DNA of 64,000 nucleotides from a virus. Lineage: Duplodnaviria > Caudoviricetes. Each line of letters opens with the position of its first letter. Position 1 is the first letter of the stretch. The notes beneath the pieces are model-generated. The model ran no database searches. It saw only the letters and a program-made list of their open reading frames with translations, and was not told the origin of the DNA. Positions 54,701 through 62,500 of the stretch are shown here, one piece after another. Position numbers and translations under genes: made by a program. The stretch lies in IMG/VR virus record IMGVR_UViG_3300049988_000124, positions 160,001 to 224,000 of that record, one strand, 5' to 3'.

Positions 54701-56345
54701 CGTTCTCATCAACATCGGGAACCGTGAACTTGACGTGGTGCGTCTTACCAGCGAGATCTGAGAGATGGAGACGAATGGTGGTCGTCTTGTCCATCTCGGT
54801 GTTGACCTTGGTTTCCTCGGTCTTGGTGATGAACATTCCGTGCTTAGCCAGAGAACCGACTACCTTGGCCATCTCGTGATGGAAGCCGTGCTGATGATAA
54901 GCGCGGTCCATGGCAAGAAGCGATGACTTGCGGTAGGATGCTTCCGGAGTTGCAGTCAGGTAGTTCATCTCCTTGGGTGCAATCTTCTGACTGCTAGGAG
55001 GCTGAATGAGTTCACTCAGTGTCTTACCACCCAGGGTCACCTTCAAGTGAGAATCCATCAGCTGATTGCGCCTGGACTCTTTCTTAGGCTCCACCGCAAC
55101 GGCTGGGGCAGACTGCTCGATTGCTTTCTTGCGAATTCGAGCTTCGAAGGTGGTGGGATGCACCTCTCTCGTGAATTCACTCTCCTGAAGAATCGCTGCC
55201 TGCGTACTAGGCTTGACTTCGAGCGGTGTAGCCGGTGTAGATAGCGGCTTTGGATCATTCGCTTTAGGAGCGGTGGCCGCCTCGGTAGTAGGAACGGCAG
55301 GTGTGTTCTCAGGCGTTGTGACGGGCTGGTTCGAGGCCTGCTCAACGAAGGTGTCGAACTGCTCTGAGTCAGGGTTCACGGTCTCAGGTAGTGCAGACGC
55401 ACTGAGACGCAGGTTCATGATGTGCCGGTAGAACTTCACGAAGAACGAGCTGTCTTCTGCAAAGCGGGTGAGATCACCCAGATTGTAGACCACCGCTTTA
55501 TTCTCGCGGTAGAAAATGAAGTTGATGGAATTCAGGATGTTCTCGGGCAGACGCTCGATGAGTGACGAGGAGTGAACCTCCCCGAACATCGGATCTCCCT
55601 TACCCAGGATCTTGACGTCTTCCTTGTAGGGCGTGACCGTCTGGTCCTTGGTCTTTCCAAAGACGTAGCCGAGCAGGTGAATGATCGGAAAGATCGACGG
55701 GTCATGGAGTAGGGTGTTAAGGGTACCGGTGCTCAGTTCCTTGAACGCGCGCTGGAGCGCCATGCGAGGAAAGACGTTACCGCTCTGGGGCAGTGCGATA
55801 TAGTGGTGAGGAGCAGGACCGATGGAGACGATCTTGTCCAAAATGGTACGGAACTGAATGTCAAACTTACGGTAGATGTTGAGGGTACCATTCACCCTGA
55901 TCTCATTCAAGGGGCTATAGTCGAGCCACTGAAGCGTACCGGGTGAGGAAGCAATCACGCGCTCTGAGAGCATTCGGTGGATGCGGTGATTGGTGTGGTA
56001 GAAGTGAGTGATGAGCGGCAGAATGGTGTTGGGGCGATAGATGAACGCCTCCTTCACACCAAAAGGACGCGAATCTTCATTGGCTACCTGGCTGAGAATG
56101 CGCAGATACACCGGCAGCTTCTCATTGGTGATGAGCGGCAGTGAAGGATTGGGAAGACCGCTGTCAGGAGCGATCAGTGTATCAAAGCCGTTCAATGTGT
56201 GGAGGACACTACCATTGGGTAGCTGCATCAAGTCCCAGTGATCAAACTTACTAGGAGCCTGGGTCGCTCTCCTGGTGTTGTACATGATCTCGAACTTGGC
56301 ATATGCCATCTTCTCGAGGCCAGCAATGTTGTTAAAGTCTGTCAT
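51780..56345 (-). CDS. Virion RNA polymerase beta subunit, large part (phiKZ gp178-like, 1521 aa)
   Basis: TGAGGRN, PDSGKVG, NHEDACEIS and GDKL...NKSIV...DILFS..S...R beta motifs. Confidence 0.9.
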   Translation of the reverse strand: MTDFNNIAGLEKMAYAKFEIMYNTRRATQAPSKFDHWDLMQLPNGSVLHTLNGFDTLIAPDSGLPNPSLPLITNEKLPVYLRILSQVANEDSRPFGVKEAFIYRPNTILPLITHFYHTNHRIHRMLSERVIASSPGTLQWLDYSPLNEIRVNGTLNIYRKFDIQFRTILDKIVSIGPAPHHYIALPQSGNVFPRMALQRAFKELSTGTLNTLLHDPSIFPIIHLLGYVFGKTKDQTVTPYKEDVKILGKGDPMFGEVHSSSLIERLPENILNSINFIFYRENKAVVYNLGDLTRFAEDSSFFVKFYRHIMNLRLSASALPETVNPDSEQFDTFVEQASNQPVTTPENTPAVPTTEAATAPKANDPKPLSTPATPLEVKPSTQAAILQESEFTREVHPTTFEARIRKKAIEQSAPAVAVEPKKESRRNQLMDSHLKVTLGGKTLSELIQPPSSQKIAPKEMNYLTATPEASYRKSSLLAMDRAYHQHGFHHEMAKVVGSLAKHGMFITKTEETKVNTEMDKTTTIRLHLSDLAGKTHHVKFTVPDVDENGVMKLSGINYRMTRQMANLPICKTSPTRVNLSSYYNKIVIERIQSKRYSYEQSVMKFISHLKFEKQIEAVMGAAPLPEVKVPYDYSAIGRHFTEIKVQGYTFDFTIDHNNTEDTQFGVLAGQTPTGNSIMWNYDNKIHVVNKGKVEKSWNSFLHFLSDILGKDGTIENTPLEWTQANIINQTIPLVYILGYQMGLKKLLDLIRLDYKFYTDPRLVKLGVDDIGIRFADGTLVFNRYPISRSLIATGLAWTDLRKFTFQSMSVPDTYAQVFAQKRLSTGVLKGLRGFFDFFVDPITETILEKMGEPITFHELLLRANVMLTDYVAKSPSSVELHRFRLYERFNGIIYNEIMRSLHTHRGNPNSKKSFSINPEAVFQKIVQDATVSANEVINPVHEVKQRANFTFTGAGGRNGNSFVLRDRIYPEDGVGVISDAVPDSGKVGITSYLSASPRIDDLHGIAKPYKPGDVLEPPNILSIGSMVMPGGTTDDGKRNSYLSIQISHYVPNHDDGETLAVRTGYDEVLPHLSSDVFAVTAPDKGVVESIDDRQKVIKVRYADQAAQAIRKLKVPVIDAVVDSYLREGTSFGLLVPEAEIDRYPMGGVFEFTRTTYGKVADRLRCETPDSIPDKDIARKQAPLVKDLVSGRYQALYYIRFTPMSNRVAGEIKSYSFADVYSQNSGSYLLQKLTPNVKIGETVKHGDILLYNKGFFVPDPLSKQVTFKHGVTATVALIEKSSNHEDACEISREMSDRLKMTPCHQREVITECSAAILNIVKVGQHVETSSSLCVISDEYLIGSSTEINSENLDIFEKLNRQTPQAGYTGTIRKIRVLYSCDREKLSDSLKNILKDYEKEVRENFKALNSDPQARPPERPGWVQPGTKYQGMDFGDTTVMIEFMIDETLSMSEGDKLCIGNANKSIVSHVNEKPHFTESGIPVDILFSTTSVINRIVASPLTIGITERNMEALKNQALDMYFK

Positions 56346-56369
56346 GTCTTCTACCTTACCAACAACACG

Positions 56370-56615
56370 TTATCGAGCTGATGTGAGAATTTGGCCAAGT
56401 TGCGCGTGTATAACTTGCGCTTCTTTCAATGTCCAAGTGTTGTCACTGACACTGTGCGGTCCTTCCGCTACAATTCTAATCTCGGTGTAGCGTTTGTGAC
56501 TGGGACGCTGAATCTCAGTGCTTACTTTGATCGTGTTGCCAATTTCATTAACGATTGTTGTTTGTGTTTTAGTTCTCGGTTTTTGATCACCGAGTTCTTT
56601 TTGAAAAATTGACAT
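56370..56615 (-). CDS. Small hypothetical protein between RNAP genes (81 aa)
   Basis: AAAGG RBS; TATGAC upstream at 56673. Confidence 0.55.
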   Translation of the reverse strand: MSIFQKELGDQKPRTKTQTTIVNEIGNTIKVSTEIQRPSHKRYTEIRIVAEGPHSVSDNTWTLKEAQVIHAQLGQILTSAR

Positions 56616-56710
56616 GGATTTAAACCTTTAACTAAACCTAGGTCGACGGGGATTCCCGTTGACCAGGAGATGGTCATAAGATCAAAAATGAATATAACAT
56701 AAAGATAGGA

Positions 56711-56737
56711 TACTCAGGGGCATCTAGCCCCTGAGTA
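56711..56737. terminator. 11-bp inverted repeat
   Basis: TACTCAGGGGC-atcta-GCCCCTGAGTA. Confidence 0.7.
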
Positions 56738-56744
56738 CCTTTCG

Positions 56745-58514
56745 TCATCGATGTGTTAGGTTGTGAAGAGTCGCATCAATCAAGTAGTTTGAGCCACCTG
56801 TGATGAAACGAAGATCCGTGTTAATAACGCTGCGCGTAGACTGAAGGTAGTCAGCACACTCTCGGTTAGCATCACGTGACCAAACCATCTCGCATGAGCA
56901 TTTATCACCGTCATGGTCACCACCCAGAGCTGCAAGGCGGCTGGGATGAACCATCATGGCGTCCATGTAGGCGGCTCCCACGCACGGGTACTGACGAAGC
57001 GTGGTAGGTGGGAAGTCAGGATTGAGAAGATCAATCATCTCAACAGAGCGCGCCGGAGTCGTGGAGACGACGTGGAGCTCAGCGATGTAGGATGATCCCT
57101 GCTCAATGACGGGGTAGCGAGTAATGATGGCGTGCTTACCCGCCGAGATCGTTTCAGTGATGATGTAGAAAAGTTCGATGTAGGTAATGGCCCTGAGTTT
57201 ACTGCGATCAACCTTTCTTGGCCAGCGCGATTCCAGATCATCCACACTGCGACACAGAGCAATCTGATCCCCGTCGTCGTAGACGAGAAGAAGGGCGTAG
57301 GACTTGCCTTCTGTATCAGGAATGAGTACGGGCTTGCGGCGAAGGTCAGTGTTACGGAAGCTATTGATGAGCTTGTCGATACCGTCCGATGATGTCCAAA
57401 TATCTCTGACCGCAGGAGAGATTGCCGTGTAGACGAGCTTTCCTGTTTTAGGATCGGAGAGGGCGACCTGGGTAACCGAGTCTGTCTTGAAGATGATGTT
57501 GGCAAAGATGGACATGTAGACGTGCTTGAAGAAGGGCTGGAGACCCTTACTCGTCTGATACACACCCACCATTACATCGTCGGTCTTCTGGAGCTGGGGA
57601 TCTTCAGGTGAGGCAGCCATCATGGTGGAGGCCGTGATGACGTTGCGGGTACCCATTGCTACCTTGCGGCGGGCAAAGCTTCCCTGGATGAAGCCGCGCT
57701 TACCATCGAGGAAGTTCTCGATATACTCGAAGATCTCCTGCGCCTTGGACTGGATTTGATAGCGCACCGGATCATAGAGGACCGACTGAGTACCTTTGGG
57801 GATTGAGCGGACCATGATGATGAGGGCGGTATAGAGCTTGTTGACGTCGTCCTGGATCAAGCGGCCAGAAGCATCATTAGCAATGTCACGCAGGCCTGCA
57901 GGCTCAATCAAGTAGCGCACCATTTGGGCACGCTCTTTATACTGTTCCAAGACTTCGATGCGCTCATCGCGCTTGGTGGAATTGTTGACCCGGAAGACGA
58001 GCTCGTTGAAATGATGGAGGAAGAATGAGTAACCGGTGTTAGCGCCCTTGACTAGAGTGGGGTCACCATTGACGCGCACGAAGTCTTTCTTCACTGGATC
58101 AAAGGTTGCCCAAGCAGCACCACTCATCACGTCCTTGTAGATACCACCTAGCTGACAGATGAGCTTGAAGAGCTTGGGGTTAAAGATCGTCGTGTTCAAG
58201 TCAACGTAGCCGAAGCGCAGCATGCGCTCGGGTGAACCAACCAGACCAAAGACTTCCTCTGAGTAGAGTCCGTCTGGATGGTAGAGGTTGGTGGAGGGCT
58301 CGTACACGAGCGTGCTGCTAACTGGCATTGCACGGCGATCACGAATGAAGTTCTCAACATCCATGATGGCGATGTTAACGGGGTCTTCGACACCGCCAAT
58401 GTAATTGGGGGTAAGGAGGGACTCGAGTGCGAACATAAAGCTATCCTGTTCCAGGCTATAAAGGCGGACGTTTTCTAGTCCTGCCGCCGAAATCATACTA
58501 TTGACCTTGGCCAT
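56745..58514 (-). CDS. Virion RNA polymerase beta' subunit, N-terminal catalytic part (phiKZ gp180-like, 589 aa)
   Basis: GLYSEEVFG, PAGLRD, GKRGFI, RNVIT, ITRYPV and catalytic GGDHDGD. Confidence 0.9.
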   Translation of the reverse strand: MAKVNSMISAAGLENVRLYSLEQDSFMFALESLLTPNYIGGVEDPVNIAIMDVENFIRDRRAMPVSSTLVYEPSTNLYHPDGLYSEEVFGLVGSPERMLRFGYVDLNTTIFNPKLFKLICQLGGIYKDVMSGAAWATFDPVKKDFVRVNGDPTLVKGANTGYSFFLHHFNELVFRVNNSTKRDERIEVLEQYKERAQMVRYLIEPAGLRDIANDASGRLIQDDVNKLYTALIIMVRSIPKGTQSVLYDPVRYQIQSKAQEIFEYIENFLDGKRGFIQGSFARRKVAMGTRNVITASTMMAASPEDPQLQKTDDVMVGVYQTSKGLQPFFKHVYMSIFANIIFKTDSVTQVALSDPKTGKLVYTAISPAVRDIWTSSDGIDKLINSFRNTDLRRKPVLIPDTEGKSYALLLVYDDGDQIALCRSVDDLESRWPRKVDRSKLRAITYIELFYIITETISAGKHAIITRYPVIEQGSSYIAELHVVSTTPARSVEMIDLLNPDFPPTTLRQYPCVGAAYMDAMMVHPSRLAALGGDHDGDKCSCEMVWSRDANRECADYLQSTRSVINTDLRFITGGSNYLIDATLHNLTHR

Positions 58515-58564
58515 GTGAGAGATATGATAGTCTCTCCTGGCTGACCTTTTATCAACCTAACAGG

Positions 58565-59503
58565 TTGGATGATGTAACCATGACCGATACACCCGAGACC
58601 AACTTCGATGCGGCAACCATCGAGGCCATGAATGCCAAAGCTGTGGAGAATCAGTTCTTCACACCCGACCACGTCTACATTGACTTGTCGCTGTTGAAAG
58701 ACTATCCGCTGGGGATTGCCTTTACCGACATCATTCAGCACCGCAATGCCGAGCATTTCGAGAGCTTCCAGCGAAGCCTGATGGACGTGATCCACGACTA
58801 TCAGAAGCGCACCTATGACACGGTTGATCCCTACCTGGGTTCGCTCGGCTACACCGATGAGACGCTGGCTGATCTCCTGAAGAACAATCTTGATCATGAT
58901 CAAGTCTTCATGGTCTCGCCTGCCACCCATTTCTTTCACACCCTTATTCGCCACACCATTCGCAATCAGAACAATTCTGGTCCTGCCAATAAGTTCACCA
59001 AGCAAGCAGTCGATAAGCAGAGCTATGCGCTAAAGGCGCTGCCTGTTACCTACTATCTCAACACCTTTCCCTTGACGCTCTCGCATGAGTTGATGGAGCG
59101 GATTGGACCAGAGCTCGGTGAGTCATTCGGGGTGGACATTAAGTTCATCAACAAAGACCCCAGCCTCTTTGATGAGAAAGACTGGAACAGCTGGCTTAGT
59201 AAGATCGAATGCTATTATCTCAATAGCCTTGGTACCTTCACCGGTAATGCGATGATCATGGGTATCCAAGGCGAGATGGGTCTGGCAGGCGTCTACATCT
59301 TTGCCCGGAAGCGCTTCGAGAAAGAAGTGATGTCGGCCATGGCGAACCACGACTTCGAGCAGCAGATCCAGTTGATCACCTCGCGGGTCTCCATGATGTG
59401 CGACTTTGAGTGGCTCCAGAATAATGAAGTCCGACTAACTGACGATGCCGAGCATGTTCCCGTTGAGGATACGCCCGAGCAAGACCATGGGATTAAGTCA
59501 TGA
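58565..59503 (+). CDS. Hypothetical protein upstream of the tape measure gene (312 aa)
   Basis: ATGA coupling to the next gene. Confidence 0.7.
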   Translation: MDDVTMTDTPETNFDAATIEAMNAKAVENQFFTPDHVYIDLSLLKDYPLGIAFTDIIQHRNAEHFESFQRSLMDVIHDYQKRTYDTVDPYLGSLGYTDETLADLLKNNLDHDQVFMVSPATHFFHTLIRHTIRNQNNSGPANKFTKQAVDKQSYALKALPVTYYLNTFPLTLSHELMERIGPELGESFGVDIKFINKDPSLFDEKDWNSWLSKIECYYLNSLGTFTGNAMIMGIQGEMGLAGVYIFARKRFEKEVMSAMANHDFEQQIQLITSRVSMMCDFEWLQNNEVRLTDDAEHVPVEDTPEQDHGIKS

Positions 59504-62500
59504 GTGAAGACATTCAGAACAATGTTGCCACCACGTCCCTGAATACACTGGTTGATGCTCGCATCCGTACCAAGGCTGTTCAGGACGAGGAATATTCTAA
59601 AGGTGATGAAGGCAACAAGATTGCCATCAAGCACCAGCCTCTCACCGACACAGAGGCGACTACCGGTCGCTCCTGGGCACTGGCTGAGATCGAGCGCACG
59701 ATTGCGGCAGAAGTTCTGCCGGTCGGTCGCCAGAAGATCCAACACTTCGGTATGGCGATGTCCAGGCGCAATGACTTTCGTCTGCGTGACCTGGCTCGTC
59801 GTCTTGACCGCCAGACCCGGATGGAGTTTCCAGACGACGTTCCAACGCCGCGCGGTGCTCCTCGACCAAAGAGTGGTGCTCTTCAGCAGATCCGTGACTT
59901 TGATGTTCGGGCTCACTCGTTTCGTCAAATCTCGACAAACGCGACGCTTGCTTCTTATCAGTTCCAGCGCAACACGGTTCTGCCGTACATGCGCAAGTCG
60001 CTGGCCCTTGACTTTCAGAAGACCAGTCTTCTCAAGAAAGTCGTAGGGGGAATTTCAAGCCTCGAGAAGTCGGTTGTTGCGAAGCTCGAAGCGATCAAGA
60101 TGAACACCGGTGCTTCGGCACCAACCAAGGTGGGCCTCTTTACGCGTCTGCGCAATGCTGTTCGTGATAAGCAGATTGACCGGGTTGCCGGTAACATTGC
60201 TAATCGCATCATGGACCGCCACAGCAAAACGTGGCAGAAGCATGTTGCCCCGATCATCACCAAGCTGAACGGCATCATGAAGGATGATGGTCCCCGTGGT
60301 GGCTTCAACGGTGCTAATCGCCGGATCACGAGTAAGTTCAACAAGCTCAGGAAGAGCCTGGGTCGCGTTGGTGACGAGGCACCTGATCCTGAGAATCCCC
60401 TGAGTGGCTTTAAGCAGAATGCTGCCAAGGTTGGCTCACGGGTCTTAGGTGGGATTGTTGGCGCTGGACAGCGCTTCAAGCTCACGCCTGGCATGAACAA
60501 GGTGGTGACAGCACCGCTGGCAATGGCAACGGACTTTGCTAGTGGTCTTAATCCATTCTCAGGTGGTGAGCTCGACAAGGGTGACATCGACGACCTTGAA
60601 GCTAGCATCAAGAAGGGTTCGATCTCTGGTCCTGGTACTCCTCAGATTACCTCGATCATTGGTCTTCTTCAGGATTGGAAGGCGAGTGCGGAAGCCGGAC
60701 AAACCCAGCTCCTCCAGCACGTCTCAGGAATCCGTGAGCATATCTCTAGTGGAATGCTTGCTGCGCCTGAGATCAATCCTCGCCAGAAGCCGACTGCCGG
60801 TAATGTCCTGAAACCTAAGCGTGTTGTCAGGGCTAAGCCCAAGGCTGCCGACAAGGCACCAACGATTGCGCCCTCTAAGACTGCTGTGCCGCTTCCGGTC
60901 ATGAAGACAGAGGCAGCACCTGCTGCACCTACTCCTACTGCTGGTCCTAGTCGTCTTGGTGCACTGGGTCGCAAGCTTGCGTACTCTGCCGTCATGGGAG
61001 CTTCATCACTCAGCCTTAAGTACCGAGAAGCAAGCCAGAAAACAAGCAATCAATTTGGTCGCAGGCTCCTCAACAAGCTTACGGGTAAGGACAAGTCGAA
61101 GACTGCGTCTACTGCTCCGGGTGTTGACAAGCCTAAAACCAAGAAGCGCTCGCTCTTCTCCATGCTTCCCTCCCTTGGGTCGCTGAAGGCAAAAGCTAGT
61201 CCGCTGGCATCAACGGTTACATCGATTGCTGGACAGACCAGAGATCGTGCCGTTATGTCTGCCACTCCCTACATCGCAGGCGCTGGTGCAATTGCGGCTG
61301 GTATTGGTACTGTTTCTAAGCCTGCGTTGAGTTTTGCTACTGCTGGTCTTGAGCAGGGTCAAACTGAGATGACCCAGATCATGGCTCAACTCGGTGGCCA
61401 GCTTGCCAACATCAACGAGACCATTCGTGAGGGTAACACTGCTCGCACGATGTACGAGGGTCTCCAGACCAAGCGTCAGAAACTCGCCGACACGATCACG
61501 TCCAAGCTGAAGATTCGCAAGAACTCCTACGAGGACATGATGGCCAATCGTAAGGCCAAGATCGGTGTCCCTATCTCTGACCAGCTGAAGAACACGGCTG
61601 CCGCTCTTGCTGCGAGTGTCAAGGCCAGGTGGAGTAAGGATGGAACAACTGAGGGTGGTGAGGATTCACCGTCACTGATCGACCAGGTCAAGGACATGTT
61701 CCTTAACAAGGAAGATGAGGACGACGACAAGAAGGCTGCCGCTCAGGACGACGATGAGACTGATGAGTGGGGCAATAAGAAGAAGAAAGGCAAGAACCGT
61801 AGCCGCAGTCGTTTCCGTCGTGGACGCGCTGGTGCTCGTGATCGCCTGGGTCGTATTCGCAACATCCGAAGCAATCGCGGGGTTGGTGGTTTCCTCAAGC
61901 GTACCGTTAAGGGCACTGGGAAGCTCGGCCTGGGGGTTGCGAAGGGTTTAGGGCGTGGTAGCCTGGGTGCATTGAAACTCGGCGGTAAGGGCGCTCTGGG
62001 CGCGTTGAAGTTGGGTGGCAAGGGTGCGCTTACTTTTGCTAAGTCAGGTGTCGGCATGGGTGCTATTGGTGCACTCGCTGCTGGTGCAGCTGGCTCAGCA
62101 CTAGAGGGAAGCGATGCTCCTGACAGTGTCAAGGCACTAGGTGGTACACTTACCTCAATGGCGTCATACGGTTCTACTGGTGCCGCGATTGGTGGTATGT
62201 TCGGTGGTATCGGTGCTGTGCCTGGCGCAGCGATTGGTGCAGCCGTGGGTGCCATTGTTGCCAACGCTGATGCGGTCTCCTCTGCGCTCAGTAAGATGAG
62301 TACCGCAGGTCTTGGTGCCGCCAAGGGTATCTGGTCGACGATCTTTGGTCAGAACGCCAAGTACGATGAGAACGGTAAGATTATCCAGCAGGAGAAAACA
62401 TCGATCCTGGGTGACTTGAAGACCGCTTTCTTCGGGCGTGATGCTAAATACTCAGCGGACGGTCAGCAGATCATGTCAGCTCGTGGTAACATCTTGAGTA

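Noticed and set aside
27674-58514. Introns or inteins in DNA polymerase and RNAP genes
   Set aside because: Frames are continuous, with no homing endonuclease or Hint motifs recognised.
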